64,000 bases of DNA from Phoronis australis. Lineage: Eukaryota; Animalia; Phoronida. Position 1 is the first letter of the stretch, and each line of letters starts with the position of its first letter. Shown piece by piece: positions 40,101-51,229 of the stretch. The translations under genes and the position numbers were made by a program. Location of the stretch: NCBI GenBank assembly GCA_002633005.1, contig NMRA01000721.1, positions 117,189 to 181,188 of the forward strand. The letters are read 5' to 3'. The notes beneath the pieces are model-generated. The model was given only the letters and a program-made list of their open reading frames with translations, was not told where the DNA came from and searched no databases.

Positions 40101-40812
40101 AGCAAACTTGTCGTAGCCGTGGACATAAAGGGTTACTTTGAACTCGATCAATTTGTGTGACTTGTCGCTGAAGATATTTCAGATAGCGAGTTGTACCAGT
40201 CGGCGTTATTTGTCGGTAGGACATTCGTCTTGCCCGTTTATGCCGTTTTCATTATCAAACGATGATTTGTATTTTAGTTTCTTAAATATTACCGATAAGG
40301 TATTTTTCCATAATTACATAATTCCTAATTGATTCCCCGCATGTCGAATGGGACACTTATCAGGTTATTGCTACCGTTGTTTTGTGGTCATTGTAACATG
40401 TTTTGCTAAATTTTACAACAAATACATGGTTGCCTGAACCAAACGCTGCCATATAACTGAAACGTCATCGAACTAATGTTTCAGAGCTTTTGCTATCAGA
40501 AAATATACTATTCACCGAATTAAAATTATTTAGAATGTTTAGTGAAGAATTAGTCTGTCATTAATTTGACGCAATTTCGACCCACTAACACTTTGTAGCT
40601 ATTTAATTTTTCAGAATGTTGTATCCACGGGGCGCGATTTACCAATTACGAATTTTAACATTATATAAGTATGCTTCTGGACTAATAGGTTTGGTCTGCG
40701 AACGGTTGCACTCATTTTATGCTCCCCAGTTAATGTCAAGGACTAAGATTAACCATGTCCAATAACATCTTTCTTGGTAACTCACAGCGCTACCGAAAAT
40801 TGAACTCGCCAT
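1090..40812 (-). CDS. Spliced ankyrin-repeat protein gene, 3' partial: join(complement 40786-40812, 35342-35431, 19279-19374, 18608-18706, 18152-18250, 17439-17537, 16979-17077, 16324-16425, 1090-1173)
   Basis: Nine GT-AG bounded, all phase-0 exons join into 795 nt / 265 aa with no stop: MASSIFGSA|VRTAVKDGNSTKLVEYLASGWNVNQPLDEL|GRTALHKAAERG...|4 x 33-aa GxTPLHxAAxxGH repeats|SGDTPLHVASAGGH...|AGETAYDVCG... The ankyrin register is continuous across the junctions (e.g. PLDEL|GRTALH, INTVNE|AGETAYD). Confidence 0.85.
1490..1800. repeat. 50-bp minisatellite, ~6 copies
   Basis: Unit tacactggtgatgctgggttacacgaaggagtgctgtagaacatacagtg; ttacac recurs at 1510, 1560, 1610, 1660, ~1708 and ~1759. Confidence 0.92.
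2446..5295. repeat. Local direct duplication, ~1 kb (2446-3425 and 4290-5295)
   Basis: Collinear near-identical blocks, e.g. ctttccatttttctacacgtttagttgcaagg, aaagatgaatggctgcattcatggta, ccttaaaatccactgaaatgtctgttgacatagtc. Confidence 0.93.
6512..6681. repeat. 41-bp minisatellite running into an assembly gap
   Basis: gtaaagttatagcaaagttagatgacatgttcactattcag at 6551, 6592 and 6633. Confidence 0.95.
6682..7173. other. Assembly gap
   Basis: Run of N. Confidence 1.
8865..14838. repeat. Older direct duplication (8865-11340 and 13080-14838); third partial copy at ~6040-6260
   Basis: Shared cggtttcatcaaaggacac, tagcaacagaagaaac, tgcaactgagcaaacgaaata, caccatcgagactcacataccgccat and ctgaacttttgaaacataaaaa. 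Confidence 0.88.
10201..10433 (-). mobile_element. tRNA-derived SINE with 13-bp target-site duplication
   Basis: Minus-strand head gaggcagtgTGGCCTGGTTGataag...GGTTTGAGTCCc has Pol III A and B boxes. It is flanked by gagcgatatatta at 10188-10200 and 10434-10446. Confidence 0.85.
16324..16425 (-). CDS. Ankyrin gene exon 8 (SGDTPLHVASAGGHTEVVKLLCRESGCDINTVNE)
   Basis: 102 nt, acceptor cttactgtag, donor gtattg, canonical ankyrin repeat. Confidence 0.92.
16979..17077 (-). CDS. Ankyrin cassette exon D (WGRTPLHTAARYGHTATVKVMLANKASVDVRNK)
   Basis: 99 nt, acceptor acatag, donor gtaagt, 33-aa ankyrin repeat. Confidence 0.93.
17439..17537 (-). CDS. Ankyrin cassette exon C (RGGTPLHWAAGEGHTDTVEVMLANKASVDVRDK)
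   Basis: 99 nt, acceptor acacag, donor gtaagt, 33-aa ankyrin repeat. Confidence 0.93.
18152..18250 (-). CDS. Ankyrin cassette exon B (SSETPLHWAAEGGHTDIVKKLLANKASVDVRTE)
   Basis: 99 nt, acceptor acatag, donor gtaagt, 33-aa ankyrin repeat. Confidence 0.93.
18608..18706 (-). CDS. Ankyrin cassette exon A (MGMTPLYRAARRGHTDTVKVMLANKASVDVRDK)
   Basis: 99 nt, acceptor acatag, donor gtaagt, 33-aa ankyrin repeat. Confidence 0.93.
19279..19374 (-). CDS. Ankyrin gene exon 3 (GRTALHKAAERGRSEVVRVLVQGGANVDVQDK)
   Basis: Acceptor ttgtttctgcag, donor gtaata, 96 nt, canonical ankyrin consensus. Confidence 0.93.
20027..21310. mobile_element. Long-TIR non-autonomous element (~230-bp inverted arms)
   Basis: cttgaatatatttaaaggggcattt (20153) is the reverse complement of aaatgcccctttaaatatattcaag (21159). 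Arms span ~20027-20260 and ~21075-21310. Confidence 0.75.
20380..23425. repeat. Diverged direct repeat, ~350 bp (20380-20740 and 23065-23425)
   Basis: Shared atgacaagcaaaca, tttgatgttacg, cacttggacc, ataacatgttg and agaagtacaatgcgt blocks in the same order. Confidence 0.8.
21385..25115. repeat. ~1-kb diverged inverted repeat pair (21385-22370 / 23890-25115) around a ~1.5-kb spacer
   Basis: tgcgactcgaaac (21385) pairs with gtttcgagtcgca (25102); agtttgttaagtt (21881) pairs with aacttaacaaact (24336). Spurious ORFs on opposite strands share KFKRTLTEN. Confidence 0.85.
28544..30036 (+). mobile_element. Kolobok-like non-autonomous DNA transposon
   Basis: TTAA on both sides; termini AGGctaatgccaccc ... 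gggtggatgctCCT form imperfect TIRs; contains a THAP remnant. Confidence 0.65.
28708..28905 (+). pseudogene. Degenerate THAP zinc-finger coding sequence
   Basis: MPLCCGV...ACPN (frameshifted), then FFLLPREFEMLRKWLMVVKN...KHLRVCGL, matching THAP C..C, FP, W and VC..H motifs. Confidence 0.65.
35342..35431 (-). CDS. Ankyrin gene exon 2, N-terminal capping repeat (VRTAVKDGNSTKLVEYLASGWNVNQPLDEL)
   Basis: Acceptor tgcttttttgttttcag, donor gtaagt, 90 nt. The AVKDGN...L...G.NVN pattern is typical of a first ankyrin repeat. Confidence 0.85.
37855..38273. mobile_element. Tc1/mariner (pogo-like) MITE
   Basis: TA|CCGGaatctacgtagataagccca ... tgggcttagctaaggaaatgCCGG|TA, with internal repeated gggcgtttatt motifs in both orientations. 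Confidence 0.75.
40786..40812 (-). CDS. Ankyrin gene, putative first coding exon (MASSIFGSA)
   Basis: Minus strand reads ATG GCG AGT TCA ATT TTC GGT AGC GCT followed by a consensus donor gtgagt. Phase 0 matches the next exon and completes a plausible N-cap helix. It is short, so a chance match is possible. Confidence 0.6.
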
Positions 40813-41047
40813 GTATATGTTTTTTCGATTTGACAATTTTGAAATTATTGCATTGAGTCCACAAGGCAAAAAACGACATTCTAAACACACAAACTTTGTT
40901 ACTGCTAGGAACCAAGTAAAATGTTTGCTATGAAAGCGGGATCAACGGAAAATTACTGGCGACAAACGTGTGATATGAGTGTGCATTAAGCGGGGTGTCA
41001 CGTTTTTCCCAGTGTGTGGGTGGGTGCATATTGTCAAAGGCGACCGG

Positions 41048-41737
41048 TGGTAATAGCTTTTGGTGAGACAATAGACTGAAGACTGGTTCGATTTAATCCT
41101 TTATTAAGCTCGACCGTACCTTAACAAGCCTACTGGAACAAAAAACCTGACGTAAAGTCTGTTCTATGCTCCAGCCAGGGCAGCGAAGTCTCGATTTGCG
41201 ATGGAATTCCGAGACACGTTCAGCAACTGTTTCACTCGTTGATTCAATAACATGATGTCTCTATACCTGGCTCTCTGTTGTCTATCGCTGTAACTTCTGC
41301 TTCTCTTCAGTGCAACTCAACTCTAATCCTCTCAACTGTTTAGTTGTTACTCTTGAACTGCTTTTATGCTTATCTGACCAATGCACACCCGTGCCTGGGT
41401 ATTTATAGACTAATGCATTGCTCTAGAAATTTACACCATTTCAAGCACGTTCTAAAAATGTCCGGAATCTACCCTAATATTCTACAAACATATACTAGTT
41501 TCTAGAATATTTCAGTCTGCATTAATCAGAGTATTCTAGAAAGTTCCACACTATACTGTAGTAAACATATTACATCAACACTGTACTGGCCTCAGTCTTC
41601 TTGAAATTCCCATACTATTCGGTAGTAAACAAACTACATCGTCACTGTACTTAACTCAGGGGTTATGCCAATCAAACAGAACAACAAAACAAAACAAAAC
41701 AATACAACTAAAAACAGTATCGGTCTTTATTCTGACA
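41048..41737 (-). repeat. 3' LTR (~690 bp) of the Gypsy element
   Basis: Starts TG right after the PPT; TATAAATA at ~41400-41407 and AATAAA at ~41100-41105 on the minus strand. The CA end lies at ~41048-41062 (exact end uncertain). Confidence 0.7.
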
Positions 41738-41795
41738 ACTCACCCCTTTCAAAGAGAAAATTACTCTACAATTTTATATCACAAAATCATCTGGC

Positions 41796-41836
41796 ATATG
41801 TATATATATATATATATATATGTATATGTATATATA
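41796..41836. repeat. (TA)n microsatellite
   Basis: atatgtatatatatatatatatatatgtatatgtatatata. Confidence 0.9.
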
Positions 41837-42223
41837 ACCTTTTGCCTCTGTATCCGTCTCTAACGTGCTACTTGACATGCAGGCTCTGCTGGTCGACTTA
41901 AGGAGTCCGCACAGAAAGTTTTGAACAGCGCACACTCTTTCTCTTCTGCGAAGTAATGGCTGTTCACTCTAAGCTTTCGCGCTCGTGGTACGCCTTCAAC
42001 AGATTGGCGATTTTATTATTGCCGTTCAGATTGATTCTGTAGTCCATTAGGTTCACTCTTTCTTCAACTTTGTAAGGCCCCTTCCACTGCAGAGTATGTC
42101 TGTTGTGGTCTGTGGGAAGTAATACCAAAACTCTTGCTCTGCCTCAATCTTCGGTAGCGCCACTGCTTCCGGGTTTCTGGTAGCGAAATCTACTACTGCG
42201 AGGATGTATTTGCTTCCCTTTTC

Positions 42224-42776
42224 NNNNNNNNNNNNNNNNNNNNNNNNNNNNNNNNNNNNNNNNNNNNNNNNNNNNNNNNNNNNNNNNNNNNNNNNNNNNN
42301 NNNNNNNNNNNNNNNNNNNNNNNNNNNNNNNNNNNNNNNNNNNNNNNNNNNNNNNNNNNNNNNNNNNNNNNNNNNNNNNNNNNNNNNNNNNNNNNNNNNN
42401 NNNNNNNNNNNNNNNNNNNNNNNNNNNNNNNNNNNNNNNNNNNNNNNNNNNNNNNNNNNNNNNNNNNNNNNNNNNNNNNNNNNNNNNNNNNNNNNNNNNN
42501 NNNNNNNNNNNNNNNNNNNNNNNNNNNNNNNNNNNNNNNNNNNNNNNNNNNNNNNNNNNNNNNNNNNNNNNNNNNNNNNNNNNNNNNNNNNNNNNNNNNN
42601 NNNNNNNNNNNNNNNNNNNNNNNNNNNNNNNNNNNNNNNNNNNNNNNNNNNNNNNNNNNNNNNNNNNNNNNNNNNNNNNNNNNNNNNNNNNNNNNNNNNN
42701 NNNNNNNNNNNNNNNNNNNNNNNNNNNNNNNNNNNNNNNNNNNNNNNNNNNNNNNNNNNNNNNNNNNNNNNNNNNN
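42224..42776. other. Assembly gap
   Basis: Run of N. Confidence 1.
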
Positions 42777-45004
42777 TTTTTTCTCTCAAGATCTTTGTCA
42801 GCTTTTGAGGAATTAGTATGCTAACATATGAGTGCGTTGCTTCTTTTATGCAAACATATATACATGCTAAAAGGTGTTGCAAAACATGTAATAATGATAT
42901 TGAATTTAGACGCTAAAGATCAGTCTTGGTTCAAAGCTGTGTACTTAATACATTGATGATAGTCTTCATGCACATATAGCTAGCTGACAGGGTGTAGGTT
43001 CAAGCTGACCGGTATGTTGGAAGTAAATCATGGCTTTGCTGACCAATGGCTAGACTCGTAATCGTAATTTTACTCATTCAGTTAGCATAAGCTTCCAATT
43101 GACCTGACGCCAGAAAATGAATGACAGGTGTGTTTGACCAATCGGAATGATGCATTCTGGACATTCCTCCAGACTGCAGTTCAAGTCGCCATCTTATCAA
43201 CCAAACATTAGCGGCTGTAGGACATAACACGTTCAACTACAATGTGCATTTTAAATGGCCAAGAGATGTTGTTGTTGTAGTTATACCGACAGAGATGAAA
43301 GTCCTGTCAATTTTTGGCCTTTTCCAAAGCCTAAAAGTGATGTTGTAATGAGCAAATGGTGGATTACTTAAATCTATACTGACTGTGAGTGTTGTTATAG
43401 GCTTATTCATACATGTATTCCTTCGTAACTCCTCAGTCTCGGCCCTGTCGACTGGCTCGTGACTGTTATTTTCTCGACAAAGATTACCATTAAATGCCAA
43501 AGCGAAGGATTGAAAACATTATTCTGAGCATCGGAAAAATGCACAAAAATTACCAAAATACCGACCATTTTGGAGATACGCCGTGGCACTAAAGAAACGG
43601 CAAGCACGTACTGAGTAAATACTCAGTGCCCGTATTAGTGGTTGACGTGTACGTACATGTGTATAACTCAGAATAATACAGATTCATAGGCAAGATTCCG
43701 AGGTCCAGTCGGCAAGTATGTTTTGTTTAGTCTGTCGTCGGAGGTCACAGCCACTCTGAACACTCAAGTACTGACCGGGTTAGGCTGGTGTTGCTTCATC
43801 AAAATCACTACCTTTGGATTTTTAATTTGAATGGTCACAGTGGGAATCAGAATTTCGACTCGTTACGTCTGACTGTCTCGGCGCCGGCTCGACCATCGGC
43901 GATCACTGGACACGAAAATCTCGGCTAAACTGTTACAGATATCCCCTAATTATTTGAGTAAAACTCCCGTTTTGCTTTGAGGGAAAATTGTTATTCGTTA
44001 AGGATTTTTACTATTAATTTTAACCGCATTCGTGCAGTTTTTGTCGACACTGCTGTCAACTCTATAAGGCTCGAAGGATTCGCGTTGACTTCTGAAACAA
44101 AAGCGGGCGGTTTACATGTCAGGTGTCCTCGACGTAAATGTCCACCCTGTTCCCGTTCGAACCTTTTCTGAAGGCTGTTGCCTTCTGTCTTTGTCATGGC
44201 GAGATTCACAGGGAAGATATTCTCCGCCAAAGAAAATAGCTGTTCGCGATCAAGCACCCACTCACCCGGCGACCCAATAAGTGACATATCGGTCTTAGGC
44301 CTACCGAAACAATTCTCGAACGTTTTTTTAGCAGTTGAGGCCAGCAAGTGCCAAGCTAAACATTAAATCACGCGCTACTTGACTGCTTGGGTCAATTTCT
44401 TTGCATTCAATGCACACCTAGATCATTACATGGCATTTACTCTGGCAAATGAACTCTGATGCCAACAGACCCACGCTTACTCTCACACACACACGCATAC
44501 AAACTTCAAAACAAACGTCACGTGACAACATGAGTGTTCCTCCAGAGATTTTTCTCGTGTTGCGGGCTACAATCTAGCGCAGATTTGGAATCTTAGAGAC
44601 TCTATTTGGAAAACTTGAGGAGGATATCAGGTACTTTGATGAGTGGAAGCTGTATTCTTATTCAAGAATTCAAGCCCTATCGATGATTGCGCGACCGGCA
44701 GCTACGCATTTGTCGGCGAGATTTCGACCTGGGATTTCAGCACAATTTTCTGAGAAATGATCGTAATTTAACAACGGATTTTGATAGGAATGCGCCACAA
44801 TTTTGCAGAAAGTAAATAATAATATTCTGCACGCTTTATCTTAGCGCGTTAATGGATATAGTGTGCGTACGTTAAGAGAGTAGACCCAGAACTGGTGATT
44901 GTGCAGAGGCGTTAACCTCAAAATTTCTCATGTTGGCTTGGTTCTGGTCAAGCGCAAACAAGTTTTTTAACTACCATACGCCGTGGAGTATTTGTTACTG
45001 TTTC

Positions 45005-45245
45005 TTTCCAGGGAAATATTGTTGGGCAGTTTCCAATATACGTTTACTTTCCGCCCTCAAAATGAGCGTTGCATACTTTATTCTAGTCGGAAAGAATTCA
45101 CTAAGTTGGCCTTTGCTACTAGCTCTACCTATGTGTCTGACCAATGTTTAACTGAGTTCTTGATCCTTGGGAAACAGGTAGTAACTAAATTCTTTATCTC
45201 GCTAACTGGTATTATAGCAGCCAGGCACAAAACACTTATAACCTC
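45005..45245 (-). pseudogene. THAP-domain pseudogene (transposon-derived)
   Basis: GYKCFVPGCYNTS*RDKEFSYYLFPKDQEL...WVRHIGR...KVCNAHFEGGK*TYIGNCPTIFP: complete C2CH signature plus PTIF box, with stops and frameshifts. Confidence 0.85.
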
Positions 45246-48024
45246 CCTGTGGCCGGTTCTCCCACACGCTTGCCGACGTTCATGTACTTGTTTACCGGCT
45301 TAACCACAATGCAACATTCTGACCCATTTCCAATATGGCGGCGTTGCAACTCCGATATTGGCACTATAGAACTCTAGCACTGAAGTCCGAATTCTGATCT
45401 TGCGACTGCTGAGGTTGCTTTGTGCATGCATGAGAGTTGTTTGCATTTGTTTGTCCCTGTGGGTTTACTTGCTAAATAGTTTTTGGTTATCAAAAGTTTT
45501 CGCAACTCTACCATTTTTCAATCAAAGTGTCAAAATGCCGCAAAGAAGGTTAGTGCTAGCAACCCACAAGGAGGTGAACCGGCAACTCTATATAAATGAT
45601 TTCTTATGCCATTAGAGAAATAATGTCCCTCACAGTTTTTCTGGATTATACAGTCAAGTGTTATTTCAGAAATGTAATAATCTGTGTAATAGGTAATAGT
45701 TGGACCTTTACATTTACATTATCCAGTAAAAGATCACAACGCGGTGTCGTTTATGAAAGTTGAGATAAACTATACTTCAAGTATCAATCCAAAGTTTAAA
45801 GATGAAAGTTTTCTGATACTGATGGAAGAACATCTATCTCTAACTTTGAAATGTACCGTGGATAGGTCATCTCACTGGCTGCGATATAGGACTCTCTACA
45901 AAAGTTTAAAAATAAACTCTCAAAAATAAAGTATGTGATCTCAATACTATAAACATGACACACTTGAATGGTTCTTAATTTGCTAAAGAAAGTGGACCAG
46001 GTGAAAAAACACTATCTACATAAACAGGCAATTTCGTATTGAACACTTGTAATATAATTTTTACCTCACCATCCGACAACAAAAACGAACAACTGGACTG
46101 AAAAGCGGGACTTACGATAAGTAGCGTGCTATCTGGGTCAAAGTCAAAACGTAAGCGTAGACATTCTTTGCAATAAACAGATTTACAGACAGCTTTTTTA
46201 TACAACAAGACAATAAAATCCCTGACAGCGCTTTTTTGTTGTTGTTTTTATAGTTTAATGGAATATAGCGAGTGCCACAAACCATGTAACGTCCCGCCTT
46301 TTTTAGTCAAGCGAGAAAATATGGCGATATCAATTGGAGATTTGAAATCAGGCGTGATTTGATAACTAAAACCCTTGATCAGGCACACGGAAATTTCACA
46401 GTGCAAACACCCGGTACAAGTCTTGACGTCTTAAGCTCTAATAAAATAATAAAAGACGTAGGTCACCAGTCATAGATATCTTCACTAATTTACTTAACCC
46501 TCGCCTTAGCTTTCCATAAGTGGTGGCCCTTGGGCTTCAATCTCAATCTCCAAGGCGCGGATCTTTTTAGTTAGAACACGATCACTCAACTTCTGTTTGT
46601 TTCCACCCCGAGGTTTTCCCACTCGTCCACCTATGACGGGACTCTGGCACAGTATAAGTTGGTGGCTATCCGGCGTTCTGGCGTAGACGGGCTCGCATTA
46701 TGAGGAGAGGGTTCTACCGCAAGTTTAGGCGAAATCGAATTAGTTGATGCCTGCAATAGTATTCATCTTTCTACACTAGTGAATGTTTATTTTCAAGAAT
46801 GACATAATATTCAACTTGTCTTGAACTGAAAAAGGTATGCTTTTTAAGAGCTTCATCGCTGGTACAGGGGAAATAAATTAAAACAGTCAACTCCCGATAC
46901 CTCTTTCCATCAGAATGAATTTGATCGCATGTTATGTGTCCAGTACCTAAAACATTATCTGATAAGATGCAAGTTGAGCACTCAAGTCAGCGATAAAAGG
47001 GAAATAAATTACCACCAATCGTTTGTTTTTGCGACCGCAAGTGGATTTTGTACCTAGAAAACTCGGTTATCTTATAACGACGATCGCGCGGTGACTGGTA
47101 TACGGTGGTTTTTATATCGCTTCTAGAAAGAAAAAAAAATCTTTTGTAGGTCTGCACCACGTTGCCTTTTTATTTAAGCTTCACTACCGTTTCCTCCTAA
47201 TTTTTTAAAGTGCTAAAACATATCGTTTTAAAATTAGCATGAACCAGCAATTTCATCCAGCAAAACCGGTTAAATTGATTCTGTCATGTGGTGACGTGTC
47301 ACTTGATGCAAGCGGACTTCGGACACTGGCGCATTATATCGGTCACATGCAAAAGCATATCAATAGTATCAGTGGGATTGTCGCCTACACTCTAACATAC
47401 TCCAACTGGGGGTGAGGGAAATTTGTACGTGCGTATGAGGAATTTGATCTCTGTTGCCGGAGATTGGTCACCATTAAGGCCCTTGTGTGGAGCTTAGGAG
47501 AGCCTGATGTAGTTCACAAGCTGTATAGCAGCTACTTGTAGTAGCTATACAAAATCACGTGTTCTCAAGAACATTGCAATATCTTGTTTTATTGCGCCAT
47601 CAGGTTTACATAATTACTCGCGGTTGAAAGAAAAAGGCACTGGCTTAAAACATGTTCCACCATCTGAACGCTAACGCCGCCAGGTGTTGTGGGAAGTGTT
47701 CTCTTAAAACGAAATTGTTTTTTATCCTTAATAATTTTTCATATTCTTCTATAAGTTTTTTAATTCCATTAGTAATTCAACGGCAAAAAGTGAACCTATA
47801 ATTCCCAACAAAACTCATTTCCATCAGAGTTTCACAAACACCCGCTTGGAGAGCTGTTTCACGTGACGTGTTTGGTCGGATAAACCCAGGGTTCTATTTA
47901 AGTGTGCATACGTTCTTCAAATTGTCCGAATAAGGAAGTTTAGTGTAAAATACTTTGTCACTAGTGACACCTGTTGGAGCGTATTAAACATTAAGTGATA
48001 CCCAGTCGTCGTCATCGTTGTTTT

Positions 48025-48300
48025 TAGATAATTACAGGCATATTTTCTTGGTTTCAAATATTTTTCAAAAAAAATTATTTACAATCAACTTTACGATTAT
48101 TTTCAAGCAAATGACTTGCTACACCATGCAGAAAATGGTTCTCGTGGGGTAAGTCTACAGAACTGGTTTAGTTGAAATTTTGGATATAATTGTTAAGACT
48201 ATGGAAAAAATAAATTCCACGTGGCCATTCTAATTCATCTTTCCAAAGCTTTTGACTCTTTAAATCATTGAAATTTACTCGACAAACGGATTATATTACG
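48025..48300 (+). mobile_element. Degraded non-LTR retrotransposon RT fragment (CR1/L2/Jockey-type)
   Basis: Frameshifted DNYRHI...IYNQLYDYFQANDLL...GKSTE...ILIHLSKAFDSLNH*NLLDK, matching the NYRPIS / DLSKAFD motifs. Confidence 0.8.
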
Positions 48301-51150
48301 AATGCAAACCTTGTTTTTATTTTATTTTGAGACACCTACAAACTCCTCGTTCTACAAAAATTGTTTTATCACCACCGTTATCATTGAATTATTCAGACAC
48401 GGATTTTTGCAAGCAAATAATGACTGTAAAAATGGTTTACTTGACTGAAGGTGCTTTTTAGTGCCATGAAGTTTAACATTAATCTCCAAAATCTATCGAT
48501 TATTATTTTTTAATATTAAGAGTATTATGGATTTCACTGTTTGGTATTTACACGTAAAGTGCCTTAAGTCCTTTCAGTTAATAATCTGGTGTTAGCCAAA
48601 TTCCAATTCGGGATAACCAATCACAATCTTTAGGCATTCCCTGGTCACAGATCCTTACAACCTGGTTTCCAGTTAACCCATAAAAGCAATTTCAGTTCAA
48701 TGCATTGATTAATGTTGAGGTTAGGAGCCTCCAAAATCAGAAAAAAATACAGTTTCAACTTGCATGGGCAAAATGGAGTGGCACCAACATTTCAATGGGC
48801 CATATCTCAGAGGCTCTTCGACGCAGGCAATTGAATTTTGCAGTTAATCATTGTGCATTACGATAAACGTCTATATTTGACTTTTTCTGTGAGCAGATAA
48901 TTACCGGCTGTCATTGGTTATTCCGTACCCACATTTCCGGCTCGTAAGTTCAGGAACTTGTGCTGAACGCCACCATTTTTTCGTTGAAACTTAATGTGTT
49001 ACCGTTTGCACAAAAAGACTTCATTATTTTGTTTTTTAGTATTAACTGTTATTTTTTGTTGATATAATGTATTCATAGTTGGTAGTTAGTGGTCGTTAAT
49101 TTTTTTTGGAATGTTACGCGTACTTGTGCTTATTATGTTAAAATAGCATAGGTGTTTAGTTCCCGTTATATAGGGAGGTCAAACCATTTTTTGTCGTTTT
49201 GAATTTTTTTTATTTTGAAAAAAATACTTTGCTTTCATCGGAAAGATAATCCATTATACTGAGTTAAAATCAAAACGTATCAAAATTGGGGCAAGCAATA
49301 CAAAGTCATTACAGTTAATGTGGCGAAATTTGGGTCACTTTGGTTGGATTGGGTCGGCCATCTTGGAGGATAGCTGGTTACGAGTTTAAAACTTTGCATA
49401 AATTGTTGTTGTGAAATTTAATGAGACATATCATTACTTACAAGTGTTCTCGATTCAACAGTGTTCACTTAATTTCAGCCTCGCGTTTTTATGACTTTTA
49501 ACGATTTACTGGAGTATTTCAAAACACAAACTGTAGCATTTTTAAGCTTGTATCAACGCCTTCAACTGAGGAATTGATTTTCTTTTTCAGTACAGATCAC
49601 TTGAAGGGGTGCCTTCTTTAGTGATACATGTTTTTCATGTTCTGACCTCTGTCTACAGCAGAAACTAAAACCTTTCGTCACTCAGCTCTCTGGACATTGC
49701 CTTGATTTGAAATGTATTATTCTACTTCTGTGTGGTTAATTATTGACCAACTCATGCAATGTCAACTTCGCCTTTGTTTATCGCAGTGAGCCTCGTTTTA
49801 GATTTAAATATCCCGCCCAGTGAATCAGTAATTTCACATTACAAGAATCTCTCCTAATTCATCTATAACTTTACCAATTTTTATCTCGTGATTTGTCTTG
49901 TTAAATACAGTATTGTCCGAGTCTTGAAACTGACAAGTCTGTTTCCAAGAGATAAAAGCAGCGGACGCTACCGAGAAGAACGAGTTTGTAGTTTTTTTAA
50001 CTCAAAATAAGCCACATGCCATATCTAGGGTGCTCGATAAATGCCTCAAAGGTAAAAGTTATTGAGAATCTGGGTGCCGTCTTTGCTCAGTCTACTATAA
50101 AATGAACTCGTTTGAGTGACCTCACGCGCGAGCATTCTCTTTTGCAGTGTTTGGATCCCTGCTTTTACAACTTCATGGTATCTCACACGCTGTCACATCA
50201 GTATTCAATTGGTTCAGTTCGAGTTTTTTTCGTTGACAAACTTCAAGGTGTGTTCTCTGAATGTTCAGCATTGAGAAACGTATGCTACTGTGAGTTACAA
50301 GTTTCATGATATACCATGTGATTTGTATAGCGTGTCCTTATGGTTATAAACAATTTCAACAAATACCACCAAATGTTCAGACAAGTCGGCCGTAAGGACA
50401 CACTTGATTTTCTGACATGAAGTATAAATGGAATATAACTTAATTGAAAACAGCGAATGGCCGTGTACTTCCAGTGTCTATGTGTGAAAGTTGCTACTTG
50501 AATGAAGGATTTGAAAGTTTCACATTTTGTAATATAAATATATGTAGGCTAAATGATTATTTTATAGCCAGTGCTCCATATAATTTATTTATAACTTGCG
50601 CTGGCAAAAAATGCGTAATTCTTAGTGTTAAGCATGTCGACAGGTTTTATAACACGCAATTTTCAGATTTGCAAATATGGTTGAAAAAATCAAAGGTTTC
50701 AGGTTACTTGAGGCGAAATGCAAGATGCACGGTTACTCGAAGACTCCGGGTACCCAACGAAACCCTATCTGTTAACGCCGCTACATACGGTGTATGGCTA
50801 TCGTCAGCAATCAAACCCGTCTTCCGTTAAATTAAACCACTAAAAAACGACTGTTTTTACGATGAATTACCATTTACTTAACAATCATGTTGGGATGAGT
50901 CTTCTTAAAATAACGTGACGTATTCAATTAGACTGTTTCAAATGCCACCTTAAAAGTAACAAACTTAAACATGTGTGCCATATTAACTTATACCAAACAT
51001 TGAAAATATCCAGGTATTCAGTGTAAACACGTTGAGAACATGTTTTACACTTATGATTATAATACATTGTGAATTGCTATAATAACGACCATTTCTAAAT
51101 CCAATGTTATATTTGAAAGCCTTCATGTGTCTTAAATAGTGACAACAATA

Positions 51151-51229
51151 TTACTGCTTAGCACTCTCTACTGTCTTTTGTAAATCTTCAGATGTTTGGA
51201 TCTTTGTGGAGAACCTTTGCAGTATAAAC
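51151..51229 (-). CDS. Candidate terminal exon (FILQRFSTKIQTSEDLQKTVESAKQ*)
   Basis: Acceptor cattccttctcag; the phase-2 start completes AT|G from the 58461 exon; TAA stop at 51151-51153. Confidence 0.4.

Larger units (their letters stand above)
41048..42223 (-). mobile_element. Internally deleted Ty3/Gypsy LTR retrotransposon (integrase remnants, PPT and 3' LTR); 5' part lost in the gap
   Basis: Minus strand 42137-42223 reads EKGSKYILAVVDFATRNPEAVALPKIEAE (integrase core). It is joined to ~41975-42135 RVLVLLPTDHNRHTLQWKGPYKVEERVNLMDYRINLNG..ANLLKAYHERE (GPY/F module). A polypurine tract GAAAGGGGTGAGT (41738-41750) immediately precedes TGTCAG. Confidence 0.88.

Noticed and set aside
39240-40330. 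Possible degraded RT or other coding remnant (YIFFEDKIYQ)
   Set aside because: A single short motif; no further conserved motifs could be assembled.
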